The notes: a model not told the origin generated them from the sequence alone. Positions 32,870 through 47,310 are shown, counted from the stretch's first letter. The stretch: DNA of 64,000 nt from Hemiscyllium ocellatum (GCF_020745735.1 NW_026867443.1:186001-250000), one strand, 5' to 3'. Program-made: numbers and translations.

Positions 32870-34965
32870 GTCTGAGCAACTTCACTAAATCTACCTATTG
32901 ATCTTTCTCCAGATTCAAAAATACAGCGTCTGAAGTCTCAAATATCTCTGAATTTGTTCATCTAATAACAGGAAGTTTACTTTGGGAAGTGCCCAGGTCT
33001 TTTTTGATCTCAAGCTTTTTCTGATCCCCTTCTCTATTATACTCACTACTTGACAAACCTGTACATAATGGGATGGTTTCTCAAAAACTGGGAGAGGAAT
33101 TAAGGATGCTGGTTTTGTATTGAGGTTTACCTATAACTTGACAAGTAAGACACGTTTTATAAAACTGCACCACATCTTTATCCAATTTTGGCTCAGTAAA
33201 ATACCTGTTTCTGGATGCCTGTGTTTTCCAAATCCCCATGTGCCCTGCCATGGGAGTCTCATGTGCCCTTTGTACTATCTCCCTATGATAGCTGGGTGGG
33301 ACCACTAGCCAATGTCTAACTGACCATTCTTCTGGGGGTCTATGAGGGGGTCTCCATTTCCTCATCAGCGCTCCATTCTGAACACAATAACACTCTGAAA
33401 CTCCTTCAGCCTCGACCTCAGTATGAACTGACAGTGCTCATTTATTTCATTCAGGATCTGCTTTTTGGATCTGCTGTAATTAGTGACATCATACCAACCA
33501 CTCCACCTGGATTATCTTCACCCTTTCGGAAAGTTTCAGCGATCCTTTCACTTGCTGTGGTGTCACATCAACCCTTATTGATGGATTTTGTTTAACCATT
33601 GCCCTGGTTACCTCACACGAAGGAGAGAGACCAGGAACCTGTTCCTGTCATTGTTCTGTTTCTTGGCCCTCCTTTGGACATTCTGTAATTATCGGGGAAG
33701 CTACTGCCTTTAGTCCTGACAAAACATTCCCCAGAAGGAAATCGACTCCTTCGACATGGAATGTTTTCCCATTCCGACAATTATTTCTCCTGACAACAAA
33801 TCACATTCCAATTGTACTGTATACAATGGAAGTGGAATATATTCTCCACCAATCCCAGTGATTAATACTTTAGCTCCCATCGAGCTCTCTGGAGGGAAAA
33901 TCAATTCTTTCTCCAGTAAAAGGGACTGTGTTGCTCCTGTATCTCTCAGTTTGGTTCTGGGTTTAGCTGAAGAAAAAGGAGTCACCATTCCTTTTGATGA
34001 AAGGTCTATCCACCTCTCACCTACCTGACAACCTCCTTTACTAATGACAGAATTCACCTCCAGCCTTTTTGTTATAGTTACAGCTACAACCTGCTCCGTG
34101 GGATTATCTGTCTGTGTTCCCTTCTCTGACTCATTTTACTAACACCGATAAATCCCATGGATTTACCTCAACTTCCAACATTCCAAACATACATGGCCCA
34201 CCTTATTCCATGAGAAACATTTCAGCTTCTGATCATCACTCCCACCCTCAGCAATTTCCTTCTTAATCTGAGGAGGAGTTCTCGGGCTGTTTCCTCCTGT
34301 CCATTCTCTCCCCTGGCTATCTACCGTCCTTAGACTCTCCCAATTTTTATTTTTCTCCCATTTCTGGGCCTGATGGGAAAAAGTTTCTGGATCGGTCTCC
34401 CATCAGGTGACTTCTCCACCTCCTGATGCTGCTTGGCTTGTTGTGCTCTTCCAGCCTCATGTTTGTCTACTTTGGATTCCAGCATCTGCAGGGTTTTGGT
34501 TTTAACAATGTCTATAATCATTACCCATTATAGCTGCTTGTCTTACTGTCGTTCCCCTTTGGTCTTCTGCATGAATTCTGATTCTGGAAGGGAAGGAAGT
34601 TTTAAATTCTTCTCAAAGGATAACTTCTTTGAGAGCATTGTAAATATTCTCAGCTGTTAATGTTCTTATCCACCTGTCAACATTATTTTGTTGAACTCTC
34701 TTAAACTCAGTACAGGTTTGTCCAGGCTGTTTGTGTAAGTTCTGAAACATCTGTCTGTATGTTTCTGGGGCCAACTCATATGAGCTTAGAATAGCCGTTT
34801 TCACCTCCTCGTGATCCCAAGAACATTCCTCTGACAGGGATGTAGAAACCTCTTGTGCTTCCCAAGTTCATTTTTGCACGGGCAAGGTCCAACCTGTTTT
34901 TCCCATCTCGCTTGTGTTGCTATCTTCACTAACAACATGAAAAATGCTTCCACAACCATCTCTTC
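32870..34965 (-). mobile_element. Gypsy LTR-retrotransposon fragment, Gmr1-like (SCAN-gag, CCHC knuckle, protease, integrase N-terminus)
   Basis: KTAILSSYELAPETYRQMFQNLHKQPGQT (SCAN-like gag); LKCFSWNKVGHVCLECW (knuckle, ~34150-34230); LRDTGATQSLL (aspartic protease); LVVPPSYHREIVQRAHETPMAGHMG...CLTCQ (HHCC integrase), with no RT in between. Confidence 0.85.
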
Positions 34966-34969
34966 ATTG

Positions 34970-37470
34970 TCATAGAGTCATACAACAAATGAATAGGCCC
35001 TTCTGTTTGTCGACATGTCGATGCCAATCAGTAATCACCAAACTCCATTTACCTGCACTTGGTCCATAGCCTTCCATGCCCTGGCATTGTATGTGCTCAT
35101 CGGGATGTTTCTTAAATGTTGTGAGAGGACCTGCCTTCACCACCTTCTCAAACAGCACATTCCGTATTTCTACCACCCTCTGGGGAAAAAAGTCCTCAAA
35201 ACCCCTCTAAACCACTTTTTCACACGGTAAGCTTATTCCCTCTGGTCATAGACATGTCTGACATGGGGAAAAGATTCTCACAATTGGCTTTGTCTATGCC
35301 TTTCATATTTTTGTATACCTCAATCAGATTCCCCCCAGAGAAAACAAACCCCGTCTATCCAGTCACTCCTCATAACGAATACTTTACATCCCATGGAACA
35401 TTCTGGTTAATCTCCTCTGCATCCTCCCCAGTTCAATTATGTTCTTCCAACAGTGTCAAGACCAGAAATGTGCACAATATTCCAGACATAACCTAACCAG
35501 TGCTCTGTCAGGTAACAACAAGAATTTCTACTTCCTATATTCTACACCCTATCTAATAATGGCAGGCGTCCCATATGCCTTCTTCACCACCCTGTCTAGC
35601 TGTGATGATACCTTCTGGGATTGATGGACTTGTACACCAAGGTCCCTTTGTTCCTCAGTACTCCCAAGGAACATAAGAACATAAGAACTAGGAGCAGGAG
35701 TAGGCCATCTGGCCCTTCAACCCTGCTCTGCCATTCAATAAGATCATGGCTGATCTTTTCAGCTCCCACATAAGACCATAAGACAAAGGAGTGAAAGTAA
35801 GGCCATTTGGTCCATCGAGTCGACTCTGCCATTCAATCATGGGTGATGGGCATTTAACGGCAGTTACCCACACTCTCCCTGTAGCCCTGTATTCATTGCA
35901 AGATTAAGAATTTATCAATCTCTGCCTTGAAGACATTTAATATTTCAGCCGCCACTGCGCTCTGTGGCAATGAATTCCAAAGGCCCATCACTCTCTAGCT
36001 GAAGAAATGTCTCCTCAGTTCTGTTTTAAACTGACCCCCTCTAACTCTAAGGCTGTGCCCACGGGTCCTAGTACCCCCACCTAATGGAAACAATTTCCCA
36101 GCATCCACGCTTTCAAAGCCATGCATTATCTTGTCAGTTTCTATTAAATCTCCCCTTCGAAAGTCGAATGAATACTATCCCAGGATCCTCAGCCGCGCAT
36201 CATATATTAGGCTTACCATTCCAGGGATCATCCATGTGAATCTCCACTGGACATGGCCCAGTGTTAATATGTCCTTCCTGATGTGTGGGGCCCAAAACTG
36301 GACTAAATGGGGCCTAACCAGAGCTTTATAAAGTCTCAGTAGCACATCTCATTTTACATTACAACCCTCTTGAGATAAATTAGGAAAAGTGAGGACTGCA
36401 GATGCTGGAGATCAGAGCTGAAAAATGTGTTGCTGGAAAAGTGCAGCAGGTCAGGCAGCATCCAAGGAGCAGGAGAATTGACGTTTAGGGCATAAGCCCT
36501 TCTTCATTCCTGCTGAGCTTTTCCAGCAGCATTTTTCAGCTCTTGAGATAAATGACAACATTACATTTGCTTTCTTTACCACAGATTCAACCTGCAAGTT
36601 AACCTTTAGAGAATCCGGGACTAGCATTCCCAGATCACTTCGTACTTTGGCTTTATGAATTTTCTCACCGTTTAGAAAATTGTCCATGCCTGTAGTCTTT
36701 TTTCTAATGTGCAAGACCTGGCATTTGCTCTCACTGTATCTCTTAATTCCTTTAGTGTTCAAAAAAAATCTGTCTTAGCTTTAAAACATTTACTGAAGGA
36801 GCATCAATTTCTTCATTGAGCAAGGAATTTCATAGATTTATGACCCTCTGGGTGAAGAAGTTCCTTCTCAATTCAGTCCTAAATCTGCTCCCCTAATTTT
36901 GAGGTTAAACCCTCTTGTTTTAGTTTCATCTGCCAGTGAGAACATTCTCTCTACTTCTGTCTTATCTATTCTCTTTATAATTTTATTTATTTCTACAAGG
37001 TTCCCCTCATTCTTCTAAGTTCCAATGAATATATCCCAGTCTACGCAGTATCCCTTCATAAGCCAACCCCCTCCACCCCAGAATCAGCCTCGTGAACTTT
37101 CTCTGCACCCCTCCAGTGCCAGTATTGCCTTTTGCAAGTAAGGAGACCATTACTGCACACAGTACTCCAGGTGTGGTCTCACCAGCACCCTGTACAGCTG
37201 CAACATAACCTTCCTGCTTTTTAAACTCAATCCGTTTAGCAATGAAGGACAAAATTCCATTTGCCTTCCTAATTGCTTGTTGTACCTGTAGATCAACCCT
37301 CTGTGATTCATGCATAAGGACACTCAAAGCACATGCCTTTCATTGTGTATAACCTTCCCTTATTAGACCTCCCAAGTTGGATCACCTCAGAGGTATCAGG
37401 ATTAAATTACATCTGCCATTGCTCTGCCCAATTTACCAGCTGACCAATATCAGACTGTAGTCTGAGACCC
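34970..37470 (-). mobile_element. Stack of nested CR1 3' fragments
   Basis: Repeated minus-strand tails and ORFs such as QVQQAIRKANGILSFIAKRIEFK and RNSFTQRV-like motifs. Confidence 0.75.
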
Positions 37471-38759
37471 AGTAATCCAAGGCGGCATCAGAGTAGGATG
37501 CTTCAGACCGAGTTCATCTGCTCTGTCTGTTTCCTTTTCTTCTTTCTATTCCACTTCTCTTTTCCTTTTCTTTTGTGTTTTTCTTTTGTCCTTCTCCCTT
37601 ATTTCTTCTCCCGGGCTCGGACTCCCAGCCTCAGTTGCCAGGTCTCTGACCCAATGCAGAGCTAATAATGTGGCCTCTTGGCTTGGTGTGGCAGTGTCCT
37701 GGCCTGGCAGGGAGACCTTCCAGCCCAACGAGGCAGACTCTTGGTCCAACATGATGGCCTCTCAGTTTGATGAGGTGGCCTCTCAGCCCAGCATGCTGGA
37801 CTGTCAGCCCAGGCGTGATGGTCACTCGACCGAGTGTAGTGATCTCTGAGTGGCCCAGAGTGGTTGTCTCTCAGCCCACATAGTGGTCCTTTCTGTATAT
37901 GGTGGTCTCTCCACCCGGGAAGGCCTCATTGTGGACTTCTGGTCTCAAGATGATGACTTAAAGTATTATCCCATGGTAGCTAAGTTCTTACGAAAGGCTC
38001 TAATACTTGAACTTTCAGCTTTATTTCTTCATTTTCTACTTAAAACTAAAAAGATCTGCAACGTGTAACTTTGAACTTTATTCTTTCTTTCTACCTTGTT
38101 CTTAACGATTCTGTACTGAGGTCCTTGTACCTAAGATGGCACCTTGTGAGGTGATGTTACATTCTTTTCACTGTACTCCAATACTTTTGCACTCGAGTAC
38201 ACGTGACAATAAACTAAAATCAAATCAAATCAATATCAATAACACCACCAATTTATGTGGCCTCTGAAAACTTTCTAATTATACAATCACAGTCAATTTG
38301 TTAATGTACATTACAAACAGCAAGGGTCCCAGCCCCAGTCCCTGTCTTACATCACTGGTCACAGGCTTCCAATCACAAAGACAAACCTCTCCCATCACTC
38401 TTTGCCTCATATTTGGATCCAATTTGCCAAAATGCCTTGGATCCCATGGACTCTGACCATAACTCCAGGAAAGGCAACAGAGGTAGGCAAATAGTGCAGG
38501 AGTCTTCTGTGGCTATTCCCATTTCAAACAAGTATGCTGTTTTGGAAAATGCAGGGGGTGATGGAAACTCAGGGGTACTTAGCATGTGTAGCCAAGTTTC
38601 TGGTATTGACACTGGCTCTAATGTAATAAGAGGTAGGTTGGGTTCCAAACAATCGACTGTGTTAGGGGACTGTCTAGCGTCCCGGCCTCCACTGCACTCT
38701 GCGGCAATGAATTCCATAGGCCCACCGCTCTCTGGCTGAAGAAATGTCTCTGCATTTCT

Positions 38760-40800
38760 GTTCTGAAATTTGATATGTGGGAGGCTATTAAAGAGAGGTT
38801 GACTAGAGTTAGGACAGACATGTCCGGTTGAAAATAAGGGATTGAATTGGCAGGATTAGGAAACGCTGGATGACAGATGAAATTGTGAGATTAGCTAAGG
38901 GGAAAAAGGATGCATACATAAGGTCTAATTAGCTGAAAACAGACAAAGCTTTGGAAGAATATCGTGAAAGTAGGACCAATCTGAAGTGAGGAACTAAAAG
39001 GTCTAAAAGGGGTCACAAAACATCATTCACAAACAGGATTAAGGAAAATCCCAAATCCTTTTATTCATATATAAGGAGCAAGAGGTGACTAGAGAAAGGG
39101 TTGGCCCACTCAAGGACAAAGGAGGAAGGTTATGTGTGGAGTCAGAGAAAATGGATGTGATTCTTAATGAGTGCTTTACGTCGGTATTCACCAAGGAGAG
39201 GGAAATGACAGATGTTGAAGTTGGGGATAGATGTTTGATTACTCAGGGTCAAGTCGGTTTAAGGAGGGAGGAGGTGTTGGGTATTTTAAAAGGCATCAAG
39301 GTGGACAAGTCCCCAGGGATCGATCCCAGCTTACTGAGGGAAGCAAGAGAGGAAATAGTTTGGGGCCTTAATCGATATCTTTGTAGCAAGTTTGAACATG
39401 GATGAGGTCCCAGAGGACTGGAGAATTGCTCATGTTTAAGAAGGGTAGCCAGGATAATCCAGGCAACTATCAACCAGTGAGCCTGATGTAGTGGTAGGGA
39501 ACCTGCTGGAGAAGATACTGAGGGATAAAATCTATTTACATTTGGACGAAAATTGACTTATCAGTTATAGGGAGCATGAAGTTGTGCAGGGAATGTCATG
39601 TCTTACCAAATTTATTGAATCTTTTGAAAAAGTGATGAAGTTGATTGATGAGGGAAGGGCTATGGATGTCATACACATGGATTTCAGGAATACGTTTGAT
39701 AAAGTTCCCCATGGCAGCCTGATGGAGCAATTTCAGTCGCATGGGGTCCAGAGTGTACTCACTAGATGGATAGAGAACAGGCTGGGCACCAGGAGACAGA
39801 CAGTAGTAGTGGAAGGAGTTTCTCAAAATGGAGAACAGGAATCCGTGCTAGTACCGCCCTTGTTTTGGAAAGACATAAATGATCTGGAGGAAGGTATAGG
39901 TAGTCTGATTAGCAGGCTTGCAGATGACACTGAGATTGGTGGAGTAGCAGATAGTGAAAGGGACTGTCAGAGAATGTAGCAGAATATGGATAGATTGGAG
40001 AGTTGGGCAGAGAAATGGACAGATGGAGTTCAAACCAGGCAAATGCAATCTGATGAATTTTGGAAGATCCAAATCTGGAGTAAACTGTACGGTGAATGGA
40101 ACACCCTGGGAAAATTGATGCCCAGAGAGACCTGGGTGTTCAGGTCCATTGTACACTGGAGGTGACAACACAGATCGACAGAGTGGTCAGGAAGGCATAT
40201 GGCATACCTTCCTTCACCAGACGTGGTATTCAGTACAAGAGTTGGAAGGTCATATTAGAATTATATCAGACTTTGGCTTGGCCACATTTGGAATACTGTG
40301 TACAGTTCTGGTTGCCACATTACCAGAAAGATGTGGATGATTTGGAGCGGGTGCAGAGGAGGTTCACCAGGATTGCCTGGGATGGAGGGCACTAGCTATG
40401 AAGAGATGCTTAGTAGATTAGGATTATTCTGATTAGAAAGTTGAACGTTGAGGGGGGACCTGATTGGGGTCGGCAAAATCATGAGAGGTATAGACAGGAT
40501 GGATAGCAAGAAGCTTTTTCCCAGAGTGGGGGACTCAATTACTCAGGGGTCATGAGTTCAAAGTGAGAGTGGAAACATTTCAGGGAGATATGTATGGAAA
40601 GTTCTTCACACAGAGAGTGATTGGTCCTGGAACACGTTGCCAGTGGAGGTGGTAGAGGCAGGCACAATAGCATCATTTAAGATATATCTAGATAGATACA
40701 TGGATGGGCAGGGAGGAAAGGGAGATAGACCCTTGGCAAATTGATGACAGGTTTTGATGGAGGATATGGACCAGTGAAGGCTAGTAGGGCCGAAGGGCCA
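38760..40800 (+). mobile_element. CR1 LINE ORF2 RT (about 2 kb), decayed
   Basis: SCLTKFIESFE...MDVIHMDFRNTFDKVPH...ISRLADDTEIGG...HLEYCVQFWLPHYQKD, ending in a CR1 tail. Confidence 0.85.
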
Positions 40801-40839
40801 GTTCTTGTGCTGTAATTTTCATTGCTCTTTGTTCTTTGA

Positions 40840-43500
40840 ACTGAGGAAGTTCAAAGGAACAGAGTGATCTTGGGTGCTTCTCCACTGATCCCTGAATATG
40901 GCAAGACAGGTTAACAGAGCAGTTATGAAGGCATATGGGACACTTGCCTTTGTCATTTGAGGTATTGGTTATAAAAGCAGGAAGATATGTGGCAGTTAAG
41001 CAGAACATTGGTGAGGCCATAGCTGGAGTACTGTGTGCAGTTCAGGTCACCACACTGTTGGAAGGATGTGATTGCACTGGATGGGGTGCAGAGGGGAATC
41101 ACCAGGATGTTGTGTGGGATGGAACCTCTCAGTGATGAAGAGAAATTGGATCAGCTCGGGTTGTTTTCTTCAGAGCAGAGAAGGTGGAGGGGGGACCTGG
41201 TAGAGGTGTATAAGGTTTAGATTAGATTACTTACAGTGTGGAAACAGGCCCTTCGGCCCAACCAGTCCACACCGACCCGCCGAAGCGCAACCCACCCATT
41301 CCCCTACATTTACCCCCCTTTACCTAACACTACAGACAATTTAGCATGGCCAACCCACCTGACCTGCACATCTTTGGACTGTGGGAGGAAACCGGAGCAC
41401 CCGGAGGAAACCCACGCAGACACGGGGAGAATGTGCAAACTCCACACAGTCAGTTGCCTGAGTCGGGAATTGAACCCAGGTCGCTGGAGCTGTGAGGCAG
41501 CAGTGCTAACCACTGTGCCACCGTGCCGCCCCAAGGTTATGAGGGGAATGGACAGGGAGGAGAGAAAGCAGCTGTTCTCCTTCTTGGGAGGGTCAATAAC
41601 AAGTTGGCTCACATTCAATGTCAAAGATAGGAGGTTTCAATATGTTTTGAGGAAAGTGTTTTTTACCCAGAGGGTGGTGGGGGTCTGAAATGCACAGCCT
41701 GGGAAAGTAGTTGAGGTGGGAAACCTCACAAACTTTATAAAGTTTGGGTGACCAGTTGAAATGTCATAACATTCAAGCTATGGGCCTCCTGTTGGAAAGT
41801 GGGACTGGTACACGTTTAGTGCAGTTTGGCTGGTACACAGTTAATGGGCTGAAGGGCCTCTTCTACACTGTGTGATTTTATGATTCTGTTGTGTGCAGTT
41901 TGGGTTTCCTTATCTGAGGAAGGATGTCCTGGCTGTGGAGAGAGGGCAGCGAAGGTTTACCAGACTGATTCCTGGGATGACAGCACTTAGACCTGATGAG
42001 AAACTGGATCAGTTAGGACTATATTCACTGGGGGATAGAAGATTGAGAGGAATCACATTGAAACCTGTAAAATCCTAACAGGACAAGACCGGAAAACACA
42101 GGAATTATGTTCCTGATGACTGGAGAGTCCAGAACCAGGAATTACAGTTTAAAGAAAAGGGAAAGGCCATTTCGGACTGAGATGAGGAGACATTTCTTTA
42201 GCCAGAGAGTGGGAAGCTAGTGGAATATTCTGTCACAGAAAGCAGTTGATCCCAAAACATTAAAAGTTTTAAAGAAGGCGACAGGTATAGATCTTAGGAC
42301 GAAAGGGATTAAAGGTCATGGAGAAAAAGTGGGAACAGGGGACTAAGTTGGATGATCAGCCATGGTCATATTAACTGGCAGAGCTGACTCGAAGGGCTGA
42401 ATGGCCTCCTCTTGCTCCCAGTTCCTCTGTTTCTATGTTTGAGAGACTGTTCATAAACATGGAAACATATGGAATTATAGAGTCATAGAGTCATCGAGTC
42501 CTACAGCACAGAGACAGGCCCTTTGGTCCAAACAGGACCGTGCTGACCAAAATATCCATCCACACTAACCCCATTTCCCTGCATTTTGCTCATATCCTTC
42601 AAATTGCATACTGTCGATGTATTTGTCCAAATGCCTTTTAAATGTTGTTAATGTACCCGCCTCAATCACTTCAGCTGGCAGCTCATTCCATACGACTACC
42701 ACCCTCTGTGTAAAAATGTTGCCCCTCAGGTTCTCGTTTATTCTAACCTTCAACTGATGCCCTCTAGTCCTTGATTCCCCAACCCTGGGACAAAGACTGA
42801 GTGCATTCACCCTATCCATGTCTCTCAAGATCTTATACAATTCAAAAAGATTCCCCTTTAGTCTCCGACATTCTTAAGAATAATGTCCTAGCTTGCCTAA
42901 ACTCTCCCAAAAACTCAGATGTTGAAACCTGGCAATATCCTTGTAAATTTATTCTGCACTCTTTCCAGTTTAATAATATCCTTCATATAACAAGGTGACC
43001 AAAACTGAGCACAATACTCCAAGTGCAGACTCACCAACGTCATGTACAATTGAAACATAACTTCCCAACTTCTACACCCAGTGCCCTGACTGATGACGGT
43101 CAGTGTGCCAAAAGCCTTCTTCACTGCCCTGTCTAACTGTGACTCAACTTTCAGAGAATTGTGCACCTGAACTCCGAGATCCCACTGTTCCACTACAGTC
43201 CTTAAGGCTTTACCATTCACCATGAAGCTCCTACCTTGATTTAACTTTCTAAAATGCAAGACCTCATATTTATCTACATTAACCTCAATTTATCATTTCT
43301 TTCCCCACTTCCACACCTGATCAAGGTCCTGCTACAATATCTGATAACCTTCTTCATTGTCCACAATACTGGCTATTGTAATGTCTTCTAAATCATTGAG
43401 ATTGATAACAAACAATCATGGGCACAGCATCAATCCTGAGGAACTCCACTAGATACAGGCCTCCAGTCTGACAAGTATCCTTCCACTATGTCCCTCTGCT
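40840..43500. mobile_element. CR1 3' fragments in both orientations
   Basis: RT C-terminal ORFs on + (41035-42440) and on - (42565-43259). Confidence 0.75.
41218..41532 (-). mobile_element. Full-length young HE1-type V-SINE with 6-bp target-site duplication
   Basis: Complete tRNA-like head GGCGGCACGGTGGCACAGTGGTTAGCAC, B-box, core and (TAATC)-type tail. AAGGTT at 41212-41217 and 41533-41538. Inserted in a CR1 tail. Confidence 0.9.
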
Positions 43501-44160
43501 TTCTCCCGTTCTCGCCAGTTAGGGAAAAATATTTATCTTTGGTCAGAAATTAGTTTGGAGGTAGGAGACAGAGAGGAGGGATAATGTGTGTGCTCTCCAA
43601 TGAGCAAAATGTGGATAGTGGTGACCCCAGGGAATTGGGCTGGAACCTCAGCACTTCACGATATTTCTAAATGACTTGGATGAAGGAATAGACAGCCATA
43701 TATCCAAGATTGTTGATCACACTGAGTGAGGCAGTTTTGAGGAGGTTACAGAGATAGGGAGAGTGGAGGACAGGGAGGGACTTGAGAACAAGGATGAGAA
43801 TTTAAAAATCGAGATGGTGCTGGACCAGGAGCCAATGTAGGTACAGGGTGCAGGGGGTTGGAGGAATGGGATTTGGTGCGAGTTTGGATATGGGCAGCAG
43901 AATTTGGGATGAGCTGAAGGTCATGGAGGGCAGTGGCGGTGATGTGTGCAAGCACAACATTGGCATGGTCATGTTTGGAATCCCATGGACATGACAGAGA
44001 TTTTCAGTGGCTGATCTTTGTGAGATGGAGGATATGGGGCTCAGATCAGCCCCAAAGATGAGACAAAGTTTGTAAAGAGTCTGGTTGAGCAGCAGATAGT
44101 GCTCAGGGAGAGGGATGGTGTTGATAACGGGATCTGAAGGGGATGGCTTTGACCTTCCCA

Positions 44161-44400
44161 ATGTGTTTCCCAGTGAGCCTGGCTCCTCAGTCCTGACTGC
44201 TCTTAGCTGCTGTGATTGTCACTGATCAGACACTTATTATTAGAGTTTCTGACCACAGCAGAAAGCCCCAGTGTAAAAAATAACTGCAAAGACTGTCAGA
44301 GCACAAGGTTGAAACTTCACCAAAAGAGGAAGTGAAAGAAGGAGCTCAGAGCAGCTGGACGTTTGTTACTGAGATGGGAGAAAACTGTGAACTGTCTTCG
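44161..44400 (+). promoter_or_regulatory. Candidate upstream B-cell enhancer, cluster 2 copy
   Basis: GAGGAAGTGAAA 44326-44337, ACCACA 44252-44257, CAGCTG 44352-44357. Confidence 0.5.
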
Positions 44401-46079
44401 CTGCCTGGAACCTGACAGCACAGGAGGCTGGTTCTGGGATTTATCTTTTCAGAAACAGCACAGTGATGGAAAAAAGGACAGTCACTCTCTCACAAACACA
44501 CACGCCTGCCCTCGGAGATGAGAAACAGAATCCAGCAGCAGCTCTGTCTCCAAGCTGTGAAACCTGCACAGAATTGTTCCCTCATTCAGTTTTTAACTGA
44601 CAGAATAGACCAAGCAGGGGAGGCAACACAGTGGTGTGTACCGTCAGAAGGGAGTTGCCCTGGGAGTCCTCACCATTAACTATGGAATCCATGAAGCCTC
44701 ATGACAGCAGGTCAAACATGGGGAAGGAAACCTCCTGCTGATTACCACATAGCACCGCCCTCCCCTCCAACCTCAACTGAGCAGTCAGTCCTCCTCCATG
44801 TTGAACAACACTTGGAGGGAGGACCGAGGGTGGGAATGATGCAGGATATACTCTGAGTAAGGGACTTCAAAGTCCACCATCAAGAGCTGCTCAGAAGCAT
44901 CACTACTGAGCAAACTGGTCAAGTTCCACCTGATTCACCTGCTAGACTGGACCTGGGGCAGGTGGTGAGGGAATCAACAAGAGGGAAAAACATACTCACT
45001 ATCACCCTCACCAATCTGCCTGCTGCTGGTGTATCTGTCCATGACAGTATCAGTAAGAGTGACCATCGCACAGACCGTGTGGAGACAAAATCCCATCTTC
45101 ACATTGAGATTACCTTGCATTTTGTTGGGCAAGAGATATGGGATGTCAGGAAGAACTTTTTTTAGCAGCAATTGGTAATGACTTGGAAATTAGTGCTCAT
45201 TCAGGTGAGGCAGGTGAAGACACTCAGTGATTGCAATGGCAGATTGGATGGGCTCTTGATGGAAATAAACCTGCAAGGCTCTGGGGGTCGAGTAGGGGAG
45301 GGGGTGGGACTGACTGGATTGCTCCATGAAATGACAGCATTTACACACTTAGTCTCACCTTTACACAATGACTGGGAGAAACAGACAAACCAGTTCACAG
45401 AAGTGTTTTCTCAAGCAAAACACTCTTGAACCAACTCAGAGAACACACCAGTCTAGATTTACCAGAATAAATCAGCAAATCAATGGCAAGGGAACAGCGA
45501 ACCAAAAGTGATGGAACTGAACAGTATATTCAATAGCACAAAAAACGAGAGAGGGAGGGATGAAGGGCAGGAAGTCAGAGAGTACACTCTCGGGGTCTGA
45601 AGGCTCTGCTGTCAATGGTGGGATGGAGGAAGCAGCAATGGGTAGGAGACCAGAGACAGAAGGTGGAATGGGGAGGGAGGGAATGTGAGTCTACAGCAGG
45701 ACACAGAGTGAGGGAGGAGGGAGGCCATGGAGGCAATTGGCTGGCAGTGAGTTCGGGGTCATTCTTGAATGACGTCAGATGTCAGACAAGGAAGGGACCC
45801 TCCATATCAGACAAGTTGGGGTTTATGGAATGTGGCTTCAGGAAGCTGGGAGAGGACATTGAAATCATAGAGTCAGGAGGTAGGATGAGCAGGAATTTGG
45901 GTTTCTGTGGTCAAGAGGCTGAGGTAGTGCAGAGACAAACAATGTTGTGCAAATTGAAATAAAAGACCTACGTAATGGACAGGATGTGGGGTTACAGCTC
46001 AGGTACTGGACAGTGCGGTGGGAAGGAGGCCCATGTTTACTGTTTATTGGTCCTATGGGATGGTGCCCCATGTTTACAT

Positions 46080-47310
46080 CATCATAGAGTCATAGAGGTT
46101 TACAGCGTGGCATCAGGCCCTTCAGCTCTACTCATCCATGCCGACCAAGTTTCCAAACATGAACTAGTCCCATCTGCATCCGTTTGGCCCAATCCTCTCT
46201 AAATCCTTCCTATCCATGTTCCTGTACAATTGTCCTTGAAATCTAGTAATTGTACTCCCCTCTACCATTTCCTGTGGCAGCTTATTACACATACACACCA
46301 ACCTCTGTGTGAAAAGGTTGTCTCTCAGGCCCCTTCTAATTCTTTCCCCTCTCAACTTAAATCTATTCCTTCTCATACTGGACTCTCCTACCCTGGGGGA
46401 AAAAAAAACTTTCGCTATTCACCTTATTTATGGCCCTAATGATTCTATAAACCTGTCTAAGATCAGCCCTTAATCTCCTGCATTCACTGTAAAAATCTCT
46501 CGGCCTATCCATCCTCGCCTTATAATTCAAACTCACCAACCTTGGTAACATCCCTGTTCATCTTTCTTTTATCCAAACCAGTGTAATAACTTCCTTCCTA
46601 TAGCAGGGTGAGCAGGAATGTACACAGTGTCCAAATGTGGCCTTCCCAATGCCTTGTACAGCTGTAACATGATGTCCCAGCTCCTGTACTCCCTGCTTTG
46701 ACCAGTGAAGGTGAGCGTGCCAAATACCTTCTTCACCACCCTGTCTACCTGTGACACCACTTCCAAGGAACTATGCACCTGTACCCCTCAGTCTCTCTGT
46801 TCAACAACACTCCCCATGGCTCTACCATTAATTGTGTAATTCCTGCCCTGGTTGATCTTACCAAAATGCAACTCCTTGCATTTATCGAAATTAAGCTCCA
46901 TCTGGATTTGTTGCCCCACTGGCCCAGTTGATGAAGATGACATTGCATTCTTAGATAACCTTCTTCCCTGTCCATGATGCCAACAATTTTAATGTCAGCC
47001 ACAAACTCACTGACCATTCCTTCTATTTTCTCAAACAAATTGTTCATATAAAATGATGAACAACAGTGGATCCAGGATCGATTCTTGTGGCAGACGGCTG
47101 GTCACTGGTCTCCAGTCTGAAGAACAACCCTCTCTCACCAGCCTCTGCCTCCTTCCATCAGGCCCATTTTATATCCAATTGGTTAGCTCTGCCTGGATCC
47201 TCTGTGACTAAGCAGTCTACAATGGGGAACCTTGTCTAAGGCCTTGCTAAAGTCCATGTCGACGATATGTACTGATCTATCTTAAGCTATCTATTTCTTC
47301 AAAAACTCCA
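46080..47310 (-). mobile_element. CR1 LINE RT fragment inserted into a minisatellite
   Basis: Minus-strand RT motifs (SEFVADIKIVG; VVKKVFGTLTF; DNLFTQRLV). Minisatellite units lie on both sides. Confidence 0.75.

Noticed and set aside
41480-41532. tRNA gene
   Set aside because: The tRNA-like A/B boxes are the head of a SINE, continuous with the V-SINE core and flanked by a TSD.
44459-44486. Cryptic 12-RSS: CACAGTG-12-ACAGTCACT
   Set aside because: The nonamer matches only 5/9 and lacks the A-tract, and there is no adjacent coding segment. Compatible with chance.
44620-45130. Similarity to 24900-25600 as part of the arm duplication
   Set aside because: Same orientation on the + strand, not inverted, so these are independent insertions of one LINE family.
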